Source of the DNA: Seison nebaliae
Taxonomy: Eukaryota
NCBI GenBank assembly: GCA_023231475.1
Contig: JALJEE010001441.1
Coordinates: 1 to 64,000 of the forward strand
Direction: 5' to 3'
DNA: 64,000 nt
Shown: positions 23,801 through 39,400 of the stretch, one piece after another
Numbering within the stretch: the first letter of the stretch is position 1
Layout of the letters: every line of letters begins with the position of its first letter
The notes under the pieces: generated by a model
Database searches by the model: none
What the model was told of the DNA's origin: nothing
Seen by the model: the letters and a program-made list of their open reading frames with translations, nothing else
Translations under genes and position numbers: made by a program

Positions 23801-26800
23801 GAAGGTAATTGTCGAATTAGAATGAAAGAGAAATTTGTCATTTTGATTTAAACCCAAAAATTATTTACTTCGAATATTTTACGCTTTTGTGATGGTCATA
23901 TTTTATATCCATTTAATGAAGAGTGTTGAAAGAAATCGGTAATTGATTCTTTTTCTTTTCCTTAATGTGTTTTCACAAGTGCGATCCGAATATCTATTGT
24001 TTCCTTTAGTCAACTTGGCTTAAGCTTACTTGCTAGAGATCTTTATCAACATTTTCTCAATGATGATTTCCCGATACTAAATATGGGCGAGATATAGTAA
24101 TGGATAGAACATCTTGAATGACTAAAAGAGAATTTTAGTTGGAGATAATATAACAGATGAAAATATTGAGGTAGTATGTATAAGGGAGCTGATGGATAAA
24201 AGACTTGTCAAAAATGAAGTCCGACAAAGTAGTTTTCTATTTGTCAGAGTCATTCAACTTCTCTCACCAGTTGTTCATTGATTGTTTATGGACAGATGTA
24301 GGGAACATAACGAAATTCTCGTAATCGAAAAGAGGTCAGCCTACTGTGAAAAATTTTGTTGTTTCTTTCTAGAAAAAGAAACTCTCTCAGTTAGTTTACT
24401 GAGTTCGTTCGTTCTTCTTGGCCAGAAAAAGAATGAAGACAGTAAGAGAAACGTCCATCAAACAAGAAATGAGAATGAATAAACTGAAAATCTTAATTTT
24501 CACATGTCAACTGGGATGATGTTTCATTCAAATCTTGTCATTCCAATTTTCGTTTGTGAGAGAAATAATGGAGATTCGTCCTTCTTCATATTTTTTCCAA
24601 TGTCTATTCTTATCATTTCAACTCAGGTATCATTTGGTAATTTCAGCAAGTTTCTCACATTATGATAATTCAATGATCACAATCGAATTTGCATCTGATT
24701 TCATTATCATATTTTGGTAAGTTAATATTGATTGACAATTAATCAGATAATATTCTTCCAATTTTTCACGGTTCCCTATAATTAAATGATTCTCCAAACG
24801 ATGTCAAATAATTCAAAATTGCTTACCATCACAATTAATTTCACATATTTATTTCATGTAATTTTAAAAAAGAAATTAGTTTCTGTCGAAATTTTCTTGG
24901 AGAAATTTTCCTTTCATTCTATCATTTAATATTACAACCAATTTTCAAGTTGTTGACAACAATTCTTTTCGCATTTTTTATATAAATTATCCGTATAATA
25001 TTTTTATTCATTTATGCGTGGATGGTTTTATTACGTTATTCTCATCAGCTGTTAGACGGAGAAAGAATGGTCATTCATTTGGACAGACAAAAAATATCTT
25101 CTTCATTTTCTATGCCTGATATGAATGAAAGAAAATTGATGAATTGAAAGGTACAATCGAATGGACAATATGAGGTAAAAGAAGAAAAGAATCAACTTTT
25201 TCGAAGAAGTTAAACATAAGACAGTATTTGAATATCAACCACATAAACTTGAACTAGTTTCTTCAAATTCCTTTCTAGAATAATTAATATATTTTACTGA
25301 TATGTTTCATATGGAAATTTGTGTCCATCTAACTAGTGGTGTTCTCATACAGACTGGTCATACCTCTCAGAAGTTATGAGAAATGTATTTGAAGAGTAAT
25401 GGGGAGGAAGAAATTTATGTTTTCCTAACCTAATATTTTCATAATTTCGAAGGTGGAGTTTTTCAATCTTTTCCCTAAAAAACTTTGGAATTCTTCTTAT
25501 TCTCCTCCTTCCCCATCATCTTGAGGAATCATCGATTATTATGATAAGTTGATTGGTATAAATATGTTCTATGATCTTCCTCGTTTGTTTGTTGATGAGC
25601 GTTGATTGAATTGACGATGGGTTTGTCGAAGAAAAGTGGTTACTTTCCACTTGATGGAAAGAATCTCCGTCTGTACCATAAGAAAATAATCAAATTATTA
25701 TTATTATTATTTATATCGATTACATTAAGTGATGAAGTTCAGTCGACGATGTATGGGAAGAAATTGGAAGGAAGATTTTAGTGCAATAAAATAGGAAAAT
25801 CTTTCGATTAAAGATGAAATAATAACTTTTTTAATGGTGATGGTGGTGGTGGGGTTGTGTGAGGGAAGGGAAACGTCCGACGACAATGTACCAAAAAAAC
25901 CTCTTGTTAAATGATGAAGAGGAAGTGTCAATTATTCTTTCATTTTCATTCTCAGTCGGTCGATTGAATAATAAAAATATTAATTTTCCCACTTAAAAAC
26001 GAGAAGCGGAACGGAATTTTATGGAGAATGTCTACAGTTTTTCTTCATTGAAATAATTAAGAATTCATAGATCATCATCGTCATTATCGTCATCACTATA
26101 TCTCTTCGACATTGATGATATTTAAATTGAATCATATTAATGTAATATTTTCCCATTTCTCATTATCATATAATTTCCGCACAACGTAGCTTGGCGCCAA
26201 TATCTCTATTTATTTCACAAAAATATTTATTTCCGCAACAATTTCGTTCATTTCTATTCATTCGTCTTCAACATTTAATTTGATCTGATGAATTGCTTCA
26301 TCTCATTTTCACAAAAGGAAAGATTGAAAGATGGTGTGGACGAGGTGGAGGGAGAGATCAACTCGAATGTAATAACAAAACCATTTCTATTTAGAATTCA
26401 TGCATAATTTTCTTATTATTTAATTGGAACTTATCAGAAACCATATTCTCCATCAGTCGATTCCCATGCATTTGAATGGAATATTCAAATTCCCTTCTAA
26501 CAGAACCATCACATGCAAGAATGATGGAAGAGGAAGAATTATTATTGTTCTTTATAAATTATCTTATACATATTTACCCAGCACACCAAACAGGAATTCA
26601 CACTATTCTTATTCCAAAAGGGAAATAAATTCTTAGTAGTACTAATCCTGAGTCGGCTTCCGACATCATTGACGGATAATGCTAACCCATAAAATGATGT
26701 CGGAGACGAAGAAGATGCAGTTCAGGTGCGAACAAACAAACCAATTCTCTTATTCCATTTTCTTTTGGATGATCGGTGTGAAATTATTAATTGTACCGAA

Positions 26801-29117
26801 TATATCTACATCTGCTTTACATCTGTCCAACACTAGTCTTACTGGATATACTAATTGTGTATTTTACTCCTCGAAACTCATTTCATTCAAGTCGTAATGA
26901 GCCGTCCTTAAACTATTTTTTCTTCATCGATATCCATCTATTATCCATAAATGTTTAATTGATTCATTTCTTATCGACCGAAGCGATCGATACTTATCAG
27001 CAAACCATTTCTCTTATAGAACAAGTAAAAATAATTATTTTTTTCGTTCGTTGTATAAATAAATCATTTCGTCTGGACATTGGTCAAACGGAAAAAATGA
27101 GAAACATTAAAGACGAAAAATTGATGAGACTGGAGACTACTTCACTTTTTTTAGAATTGTTGACCACCAGATCAAAAAGTCAGATGACCAGATAATCGAT
27201 CTCTATTTACATTTTACATATGTTCCATTATTAGTCGTCGTTTTCCTTGTTTCTATTTATTCTATTATCGTCATATATAGCCAGTAGTAACTAAGTGATG
27301 ATGGCTATCAAACGGAAATTATTAATTGAAATAACACTTCATCAAACCATTTCTCTTAATTTCGAAAGTTTCTTTTCGATTATTCTTAAAGAGAACTGCA
27401 TCAATCGATGCACTTCCGTTCTCACTGTTTTAAAAAGTTTCATTCGGAAATGAGAAATTCTTTCGTGAAATTATCCCAAATTTTTTCCCCTCCAAAACCA
27501 CGCTTCCTATTTCACATTGGAAAAGCGACGAAAAAAAAGCAAAATTGTTTAAGATCTTTAACGATGTAGCGAACTACTTCAATTAATAACATCTCAAAAA
27601 AAATGTAGGACTCGAACGCTCCTTTGTTGTTGATTAAAAGAATGCCTATTCAAATGATTTTGAAAGGAAATAGAATCGTCTAATTGAACTTCTTCTCACA
27701 TGACACCAATCAATTTTTCTTGAAGTTATTTTAGGACTATTAACTTATTCCCATTAAGCCGCATCACCTCGAAGGTTAATTTCCGATTAGAACTTAAAAT
27801 TATAGTACTATAACGTCGATAATTAGAAATTTCAAAGAATTTTTTAAAGAAAAATATAAAATTATTTATCAATTTCTTCTTCAATTTCTCCTTATAATTG
27901 TCATATAATCGTATAAATGGAAAGAAAAGTTGCCGAATAAATGTTTATATTATTCTATCATTCATATCAAATATTTGTTGGGTAAGCATTCTTCTTTTTA
28001 AAGTGAATATGATGTCATTCAGGTAGAAACGGGTGACAATGACAAACGATCATTACAAATAGTTTGTATTGGAGAAATTAGGAGAATGAGAAAGCCTATT
28101 TCTTCTTACTACCATCTACTGCTAGAATCTTTACCCTCTTTTTTTAACTTCACTTTATCCTTCATATTTCTTTTGTAATACGACTAAAGAAAGTGGGTTC
28201 ATTTCTTTGTTAAGGAAACTTTATCTTGAATCTTCATGTTGTATCGAGGAGGTAGATAAGAAAGTAGAAGAAATACCAATAAAATTTTATTTAACCCGAG
28301 ATTAATTTAACTCACTTTCATATCGTATGAATCATGTGCAATAAAGTAATGAAGGTGATGTGAACGAATGAAGTGAAAGATTTACTGGTAACTATCTTCA
28401 TATGAACGGGATGAGAGTATGTGACAGGATATGTGAGAAGTACGAGTGTTCTAAATAAATGATGGTGGTATGTCGATGCGTGAAATAGTTGTGGAGGGCG
28501 AATATTTCCTCAAACTTTCAATAAACCTCAACTGAAATTGGATATGTCTCACGAGGAGAATTGACATGTATCTACCAGATTAGACAATAAACAAAACTAT
28601 TTTCTCCCTAAGACTCTAACGTAATAAACAAATATGTTTTTTCTCTCGTGGAAATGTGTACGGTCGTTGTCTACACCCGACTACATCTTCGTCATTGGAG
28701 AGTGTGAATATTTCGTAGTACTTAACTACCTTACGAGAAGTGAAGCAGCTGCCGCTATAAGCAGTTTCGATTACAAACTTCTCAATTGTAAGTAGAGGAT
28801 AATAGCGTTTGTTCCCTCACAATTTCCACGAGTACTCGTTCAACAAGGCGATAATTACATACATCGAAATTTCATGAATTTCACGAATTAGCGAATTAAC
28901 TTATTTATAAGACAAATCTTATGAGATATAACTGAAAATAATCTAACTTAAAAGTCGATAAATATTTTTCTATCAACAAATCTATCGATCATCCGTTTCA
29001 ATGATTCTTATAATTAGAAACTATTATCAGATTTATTCACATCCTCAAACTTCTTCAACACGTGTTTTTTTTGAAGAATGTTGTCAATTTAATTTCTTAA
29101 TTTTTTCCTGCAACTTT

Positions 29118-29180
29118 TATTTTTCCTCAAATTTTTCTTCGATTTCCTCAAATTTTTTTTGGATTTCCTCAAAATTTTTA
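29118..29180. repeat. Short ~21-nt degenerate tandem repeat x3 (atttcctcaaatttt)
   Basis: Three copies of tttcctcaaa(a)ttttt are visible. Confidence 0.6.
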
Positions 29181-29904
29181 TGAGATTCAATTAAAATAAT
29201 TCCTCGTGAAATCTCATTAACCTTCAACTTAATTTACGACGTACGATGTAGATAATGTGTGGAGTTTAATGTATATTCCCAACATCAGTTTTAAATTACT
29301 TCATTGAGTCAGTCGCATTCAGATGATGTTGAGTGAGGAATCGGATAGGAAGCCAATTGGATATGTCTATCGAATTGTTCAGTTAAATGATATTTAGCGC
29401 CATATAATTATTCTTTTAAACTATTCCATAATTCACATAATTCCACTACATATTTGTTGGATGGCTACGAATCTATGAATTTCGTGACTAGAAATTTCCA
29501 TCCATCGAACCGTTCCATGTGGGAAATTGATGGTTGAAGTGAATTCTTTTGCAGAGTGATGATTGTCACGATTATAGCATTCGCTCATTAACCTGACGTG
29601 ATGTAATTAATTATTAGAAAGAATGTAGATAAAGTGAAGAAAAGAAAGTTGGTGAGAAGATGACGGAAAGACTTCTGAATTTATTCAATGAATAAAATAA
29701 CCTTCTGTCTTTGAAAGTGACGAATGTCATTCTTCATTATTTGTATTTCTATAAATTATTTAGTTAAAATTCTCATCATTTGTTTGACGAAACAAAAAAA
29801 TAATTCTTCATCTTTCTTCAGTCATTAGATAGATCTCCTTTAAACAATTCCTCTTTCTTTTTCACGTTGAATGATAAATTGAATAAAAATCAAATTTTTC
29901 CTCA

Positions 29905-32900
29905 ATGAAATTCATTTGTCTCATTATCATTGGCACTCTACTGCTTCAATGGAGCCATGGAAAATTTGAAGATATGACGATATTTCACAATCGTCATCGA
30001 ACGAAACGTTTATTGACATTCGAAACGAAAGAATCAAATCCATCGAAAGAAGATGAACGGAAATTCATACCGGAACTTAATCGACATTATCGCTCAGGAA
30101 ATACACATCGAAAGATGTTCAATAACAAATGTATGGAAGTGCCGAAATTGGTGAAGAAGAAATGTCCAGATTATCAGGACGAGATGATCGAAGGCAGATA
30201 TCGTGACTCCAATCAATTATCTCAACAATTATTGAAATTCTCTAAATATTGGTCATTGACAACATCGAAATGTCATAAAGATATTGATAATTTAGTTTGT
30301 TTCGCCAATTTCCCTCTTTGTTTCGATGGGATTGCCACACCGATTTGTCGAGAATTTTGTAGTGATGTCCGAATGACATGTCGTACGATTGTTCCATATG
30401 AATGGCCGTTTAATTGTTCACGTTTACCCAGTCGTCATTCAGGTATGCCGTGTGTGGATATAAGAGATAATGATCGTCAATATCATGATCAAATCAATCT
30501 CAATAACGACGACGATAATGGAGATGATATTTATGAGTATAACGATAATTTGAAAGATATTGAAGTGAAGGAAGTGTTCGCTGATAATGAGAAATCAACG
30601 ATGGAAATACCGAATTTGGGAAGTACGGCAACGACCAAGAAACCGGTATTGAAAATTGTGAACACTATTCGACATAAATCGCCTGGGAAAACTAATTGTA
30701 CTTTATGTCGACGATGTGTTGACGAAGGTGATTGTGAGAGATCTTGTAAGAATTTTCTGGTGAGACAAAACGTATTTGATATGAGTGAGAAGAGACGGAA
30801 TCATTTGGAAATGGTGGAGAATGAGGACGGACCGATTTATTCAAATACATCACTAATTCTCAGTATTTGGTCGATATTGTGTTTGGTTTGTTCAATCTTT
30901 TCTATCATTACCATCGTCAGTGGAAAGAAATATATGAATAGTCAAGAGAATTCAATGTTGTATTTATCGATCTGTTATCTGGTAATTAGTATCGGATATA
31001 TCATCAGATTAATCGTTTCCCATGAAAATACGGCATGTCATAACAATCGATTATTGATGAATATCGGATTTCGATCCTTCTCACTCATCAATCAAATTCC
31101 AACAATCAGTTCCTGTATCTTCTCATTTATCATCATTTACTTCTTCGTCATTTCGGCTCATTTGTGGTGGTGTTGTTCGATTATCAGTTGGAATGCAACG
31201 ATCGTCAATTCAAAACAATACACTTTCCCAATTCAACATTTATTCATTTGGTCAATCTCGTTCATATTGACGATGATAGCATTGTTAATGAATTCGGTGG
31301 AAGGTGATGCAATTTCTGGAATTTGTTCAATCTCATTTAATTCTCTCCCAATGAACTTCTCCAATATCATTCTCTTCTTCATCATTCCGATTATAGTGAA
31401 TATTATGATTACAATCATTTTCTTAATTATCGGTTATTATCGATTAGTTTGTTCGCAAAAGAAGTCGGTTGATAGAAATGATGATGATTTGGACAAGAAA
31501 AAAGATATAAATGAATGGCGAGAACATTTCGCGCATAAGAAAAAGAATGAAAAATTGAATGAAAATTCAAAAAAGATTCTTATCAAATTTGGCATATTCA
31601 ACATGTCTCATCTTATTCCGTCGTTCTTGTTCATTCTATCGATATTCGAAGAGAATCGATTAAGGAATGAAATTAATGAAAAGGGATATTGTTCGATTAA
31701 TATGAACATTAATGGTGATAGTAAGAATTGTTTGAATGAATGGAATGAAATAAAAAATGTTGAAAGTAATTACTTCATTCTTATCTTACGTCATTTATCG
31801 ATATTGACAAATGGTATTATTATCGCTATATTTCTCATATCGAAAGATACCATCAAATTATGGAAGAATAGTATTCTAAGTTTAGATAAGAAATGTTCAA
31901 TCAGATCAACAGATCTCAATAGTGAATGTAGTTCCCGATCAAGAAATACTTCTCAAGACGATTTCTCCAATTCTACGTCTGATCATCATCCAATCGATAA
32001 TGGTAGTGTCAGAAATTCGTCATCAATCGCTCGTCACACAAACGTTTTATTCTCACAAATTATCAACAATACCGAATCAAATTGTACGGCAAGTCGTAGT
32101 GATGATTCCAATTTCAAAACGTCTATCGTATCAAAAATCGACGGAAGTGACATAATAATCAGACAACCGGTAGAAAGAAATCTTTATAATAATCAATTGA
32201 GTCAATTGAAAATGCCAAATACTTGTCACACTCTCAATCGATCATATAACGAGAAGAATAAACTAAATTTCATTTCTCAACAACAACAACAACAACATCA
32301 GTTACGCCAATCTCAAAACATTCAACAACAACAACAACAGCATATTAATTTGCATCAATCTCAAGATCTTTTACAACAACAACAACAACAACATCTCCAA
32401 CAACAACAACAATATATAGTAGAAAATTCGCCATGTCAACAACAAGTTCAATATACTTCTCAAAACATGTTGAATAATAATGGAATGGAATATCAACGTA
32501 TTGATCAACAAGGAAATTTTTCAATTGATAATCTCGACGACTTCCCACAATACACTCCCAACCATAACAAATATGATTCCAATCAACGAATTCAACGTTC
32601 ATTCCATCGGAAACCGAACAATTATCAGAAGTCGTTGACGGAATTGTATGATCGATCGAACAATATGATGATACTAAACAATAATAATGAAGAATATCAT
32701 CAACAAATATATCAACAACAATTATTGAAGGCGCCATTGAAAGCGATGCAGAGTAACACGTTGAAACGAACAGCAACAACTACAACGGCAGTGACCAAAC
32801 AGAGGAATAATTTGTTTGAAGAAATGGAGAATTCTCAATTTGCCAGAACTCGATTTCTTCATTACAATACAGATAATGATCAAGAGATTTTCTCCAATTG

Positions 32901-33660
32901 TTCAACGATTGATCAGTCGTCAGTTTTTCGACCAGTCCGAATGCAAAGTATTCGAAATTATCGTCAAAGTGGTCTTCTAAGAAGTTGTGAGCCGACGGAA
33001 ACAGCTATCGATAATAATTATGTTCAAAAACAGTCAAATATTCGCGTAGACGACGATTCGTTATCAGAAGATCAACGGAAAATTTACAACTCGAACAAAT
33101 TGGAGATAATGAAAGAGATTCCTCCAAGTAATCTTATATCAGATAATGCGCTTTCTAGTTTGTCTTCGTTGTTGAAGAAGCCGAAACCATTTTGTTCTCC
33201 AAATCATTCAAATGTCTCATCTAATCATCAGGCATCATTATTCGATGGGAAATGGTGTACAAATGAAATCGAAATGAATAATAATTCATCATCACCATTC
33301 AATCCTTATAACAACAACAACAACAATAATAATAATAATAGTTTGACTATTAATGAGAATGATAATAGTACATCATCCAGATTATTTACTGAAATGATAA
33401 CAACTTCCGATATCGAATCGACATTGGAAAGAAAACGATTTCGAGCAATCGAATATTCTTGTTCCTCATCAAATAAACAACCATCCGAATCACTCGATTA
33501 TGATGAACAATCGTCTCTTCTCTACGCCAATTCCAATACGATGTCACAGAAAAGTAATGAGAGTAATAAATCGAAGAAACTTTCAACATTTCTACTCGTC
33601 TCTAACGATCACTCACGTCTCAACTCCCCAACAATAACAACAACAACAACAACAAATTAA
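29905..33660 (+). CDS. FZD: Frizzled-family receptor with ~600-aa Q/N/S-rich cytoplasmic tail
   Basis: Signal peptide and Fz CRD (CHKDIDNLVCFANFPLC..PICREFC..VRMTC..WPFNCSRLP). TM motifs YLSICY..SIGYIIRL and VEGDAISGICSI. Intronless. Confidence 0.9.
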   Translation: MKFICLIIIGTLLLQWSHGKFEDMTIFHNRHRTKRLLTFETKESNPSKEDERKFIPELNRHYRSGNTHRKMFNNKCMEVPKLVKKKCPDYQDEMIEGRYRDSNQLSQQLLKFSKYWSLTTSKCHKDIDNLVCFANFPLCFDGIATPICREFCSDVRMTCRTIVPYEWPFNCSRLPSRHSGMPCVDIRDNDRQYHDQINLNNDDDNGDDIYEYNDNLKDIEVKEVFADNEKSTMEIPNLGSTATTKKPVLKIVNTIRHKSPGKTNCTLCRRCVDEGDCERSCKNFLVRQNVFDMSEKRRNHLEMVENEDGPIYSNTSLILSIWSILCLVCSIFSIITIVSGKKYMNSQENSMLYLSICYLVISIGYIIRLIVSHENTACHNNRLLMNIGFRSFSLINQIPTISSCIFSFIIIYFFVISAHLWWCCSIISWNATIVNSKQYTFPIQHLFIWSISFILTMIALLMNSVEGDAISGICSISFNSLPMNFSNIILFFIIPIIVNIMITIIFLIIGYYRLVCSQKKSVDRNDDDLDKKKDINEWREHFAHKKKNEKLNENSKKILIKFGIFNMSHLIPSFLFILSIFEENRLRNEINEKGYCSINMNINGDSKNCLNEWNEIKNVESNYFILILRHLSILTNGIIIAIFLISKDTIKLWKNSILSLDKKCSIRSTDLNSECSSRSRNTSQDDFSNSTSDHHPIDNGSVRNSSSIARHTNVLFSQIINNTESNCTASRSDDSNFKTSIVSKIDGSDIIIRQPVERNLYNNQLSQLKMPNTCHTLNRSYNEKNKLNFISQQQQQQHQLRQSQNIQQQQQQHINLHQSQDLLQQQQQQHLQQQQQYIVENSPCQQQVQYTSQNMLNNNGMEYQRIDQQGNFSIDNLDDFPQYTPNHNKYDSNQRIQRSFHRKPNNYQKSLTELYDRSNNMMILNNNNEEYHQQIYQQQLLKAPLKAMQSNTLKRTATTTTAVTKQRNNLFEEMENSQFARTRFLHYNTDNDQEIFSNCSTIDQSSVFRPVRMQSIRNYRQSGLLRSCEPTETAIDNNYVQKQSNIRVDDDSLSEDQRKIYNSNKLEIMKEIPPSNLISDNALSSLSSLLKKPKPFCSPNHSNVSSNHQASLFDGKWCTNEIEMNNNSSSPFNPYNNNNNNNNNNSLTINENDNSTSSRLFTEMITTSDIESTLERKRFRAIEYSCSSSNKQPSESLDYDEQSSLLYANSNTMSQKSNESNKSKKLSTFLLVSNDHSRLNSPTITTTTTTN

Positions 33661-33953
33661 TAATTGTTCAATGAAATTCATTTTCTATTTATCAAACATA
33701 TTTCTATTTTTATTTTTTTCGATTTTAATTTTAATTCTTTTAATTTCAGAGTTTCCACTTTTATTTGTGAGTCCATTATGAAAGTTATGATGAATTACGT
33801 ACACTTTTATTGGGGAAAAATTAGTTTTAAAATAAAAGAAAATTCTTAATCTTCTCCTCGAAACTTTTCGATGAATTCCACTTTCCTTCCACTTCCCAAA
33901 AGCAATAACATTTCAAATAAATCAACAATGAAAATAACAATTAGTAAAAATGT

Positions 33954-35429
<1,476 letters not shown>

Positions 35430-36459
35430 CTAATAATGTCAACGATCATTTTAATAAACAAACAATAATAATAATATTAACTCTCACTCTTATTACTTCT
35501 CTCATACATCATCATTATCATCATTCATTCATTCAGACAAGAGACAGAAGAGAAGTATATATAAATAAATATTTTTCTTCTTCAAAATCAGAAATTAATT
35601 CAATTCTTCCTCTCACTCACTCAATTTACAGCAACATAAATTATTTATGTCAAATCAAATTTCCCATTCCCTAATTATTTTTGGTTTAATTCAATTATTT
35701 AACGTCTTCTTCAATGATTTCACTGAAGAACTAATTTGTAGCAGTTACATTTTGTTACAACTACTCACTTTTTCTTTTTTCTTTCATTCTCTTTTCTCCA
35801 TTCACTTTCTACACATGAAATTTCTCTTTTTCAATAAGTTAGCCCCCATCTAATTCACAAGCTAATCATTTTTCGATTGATAACATCGAATAATCATTAC
35901 CAGTTAAAGTTTACGAAGAGATTATTATCTTCAAAGAAGATTTTCATTCATTTATTAGAAAAAACATTTTTTCATTAGATGTTATTTTCAATTGATAATT
36001 TTTTAATTTTCTAATATTTTACATAAAGTTCTTTCAAAAAATTAATTTTTTTATTTTATTTAAAAGTTTTTTACAAAAGAAAATTTCCAATTTTTTTCAT
36101 TTAAATTGTTTAAGAAAACAAATTTATATTACTAAAAAAATTCACTGACTGAGAGCTGAGAAAAATGTAAACTATTGATTTGTCGGAGAATTACGAATAA
36201 CTATTGATTGGAAAACTAAAATGAATGTGATTATGAAAAAAATTAAACGAATCAAATTATCGAATAGAAATGATATGGAGGAAAAGCCAAAAAGTATATC
36301 TATAATAATTTGAAATTGAGTTTGTTCTTTGAATGAAATTTTTTTGAAAAGTTTCTTAAATAATTGAAGATAATTGAGTTCTATATAAAAATAAAAGTTG
36401 AGAGGGGAATTTGTTGCTGAAGGTTATTTTCATTTTGTCTTTATTGAATTTGTTCTTTT

Positions 36460-39400
36460 TTAACGTATATCTGAATTTTCCGTTTCTGCGATATAGACAC
36501 TGTCATTCTTCGCTAGAATACGTAATAGACTTCGTAATTTTATCCACCACTGATCCGTAGCGATACGATGACTAAAAAGAAGAGAATAATTTAAATAGAA
36601 TTGAAATTGAAATTTTAAAGATTAACTTGAAATCACTATTAGGAACTAAATCTTCGACTGGAGTAAAAGTTATTTGTTTTGTTACTAATCCGACTACACA
36701 AGCTGAATCTTTTTTGTTAATCTGAATCATTCCATCTTTATCGACTTTAGTTCCTTCTAAAAATTCTTGCATTCTCCATAAAGATTTCGTTGCGAATTTC
36801 AATCCTAAATTTCTATCAAACGGTGATGGCATTCCACCTTGTTGTTCATGTCCCAAAACATTCATACGAACTAGAAAAAAATTTTGGAAAATTTTTTTGA
36901 AAAAATTTTAAAAAAAATTAACCATCAAAAATTCCTTTACCTTCTTCAGCATAAAGACTATAAATGAATTTCGTCGTATAATATTTATTGGCTTGTTCAT
37001 TTCTCATGATTATTCCTCTTTGAACGTCGCCAGCTATTTTCGTTTTCAAATGTCGAACATCGTCCAACAAATCTTGAATGGAGAAATGCTCCTCCCAAAT
37101 ATAAGCGGCATCGGCACCAGATGCCAAACCTGACATCGTCGCTAGATAACCACAATATCCGCCCATACATTCCACTACGAACACTCGACGACTAGAACCA
37201 GAGGCCGATTGTTTTATTTTGTCTACAGTCTAAATAATTAAAAGAAAATAATTAATAATAGAAAATAATTTAAGAATAATAAAAAAAGAATTTAAAAATA
37301 GAAACGGATGAAATTTCATTAAGTGCCGTATCAGTTCCAACACTAAATTGAGTACCAGGTACATTATTGGAAATGGTTGCTGGTAAAACGATCATTGGTA
37401 TTTTAAATGCGGCGAACTAAATAAAATTGAATGAATTTAAAATTTAAAAAATTCTTCACTTCTTTTCTAGCTCTTGATAAATCTAAAACAGTACGATATG
37501 CTTCGAATCCACCGACTACGAGCATTCCATGAATTTTGTATTTTCTCATTTTCTCCGCAATTTTTCCTATTCCATATGCTTCCGGTATTTGTCTAATTAA
37601 TTGAAAATTAATAATTATTAATAGTATTAAAAGACAAATTAAAATTAAAACTTTTGACATCCGATATTTGATCCACCTTCTCCTGTCCAACTACTGACAC
37701 TGGCCCAATCCAATTCTTTAACATTTTCATCGATGAGACCTTCTAATCCATTGTGAGCGGCATAAATATGGTCGCCATTAGCGATTCCGATACGAGCGAA
37801 TGCACGAATTGCTGAATTGACACCACAAGCTGGTGCACCGATATTGATCACGAGGAAATTGTATGCCTATTATTATTATTATTATTATTATTAAATATGA
37901 TTAATTTGAAAAAAGATTTGAATGAGTAAAAAGCAAATTTTTAGGACTAATAGATCTCATGACAACAACTCAAGTAATTTTTTAAGAGAATGAGAAGAAA
38001 AATAACAGTGAAAGATTAAAATTGAACAGAGCAAAGCTGATGACGTCCAAGACAAAATGAAATTTGTTTCGATTCTTACCTGTAACTTGAGCTACCAGGA
38101 ACAGATTGATCGGATAGAACAGAAAGAGAAAATGAAAAGAAAAATTTTAGACAGTTGAATGATTAGCAGGAACTAGAACACTAATAGGAGACGAATTAAA
38201 TAAAATTGTTTTTTACTCAAATTCCAATAGAAATTGAGAATGTGGTTTTTTTTCCGAAAATAATTTTTATTACTAATTTTTCTACTAACATGTGTCTCTT
38301 TCTCCATTTTTGGTACGATCTTATTCAGTTGACGATATACTCGAAGATTTCGAACAAAACTTGCACCTCTCAATGAAATGGCTTTCTCGAAATTTTGTTC
38401 ATCCATCGCCTTGCCAATTGATTGCGTTCGTTCCACACAATCCATTAGAGGAACACGACTAATTTTATTTCCATCTAATGCGATAACTTGTGGTGATGTT
38501 GATGGTGTAGCTTCTAAAAGTGCAAGAACAGCTTCAGCTCCTTGACGTGTAGCAAGAATTCGATCGAAAGCTGATGGTGATCCACCACGTTGTACATGAC
38601 CTAAAACAGTCACTCTCACATCAATACTCAATTTAGATTTGATAGTATTCATAACATAATCTGATTTAATACTTTTTCCATCAGTTGTTACTGCTCCTTC
38701 AGCGATAATGATGATATTTAATCGTTTTCCAGCTTTTCTTGTCGATAAGAGATTATTACACAATTGTTCCTCCCAACCAGTTTTTGGTGGTTGTTCAGGT
38801 ATAAATAACCAATCGGCAGCAGTCGATATAGCAGCAGCTAATGCCAAATATCCACAATGTCTTCCCATCACTTCCAAAATGAAACAACGTTGATGACTGA
38901 CTGCTGTTGTTGTTATTGAATCAGCTGCCTCAATAATTCGATGGAGAGCAGAATCAGTTCCAATTGTCATGTCAGTTCCATAAAAATCATTATCGATAGA
39001 TCCAACAATTCCAACGATATTTAAGTGAGCACAAGTTTCACCCTCTTTCTTTGTTATCTTTTTCTTCTTTAATAATTCCACTAATAAATCGGCCCATTCT
39101 TTTCGAAATAAATTTGCTCCCGTTAAACTACCATCGCCACCAATCACAACCAAATGTGAAATTCCTTTCTTTACTAAATTTTTTGCTGCAACTAATCGTC
39201 CTTCTAACGAGCGAAATCCTTTACATCTTGCAGAACCGATAATTGTTCCTCCCTGAAGAGATATTACGATATTTAAAAAATTCCATGATAATGGAAAAGA
39301 AAACCTTTTGCATAATACCAGAAACTGATTCCCATGATGCTTCATTAATGTTATCATCGATCATACCTTGATATCCCTTGAAAATAACAATTTTAAAATT

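Noticed and set aside
29905..33660. Smoothened call based on the long C-tail
   Set aside because: The CRD and TM motifs match Frizzled better.
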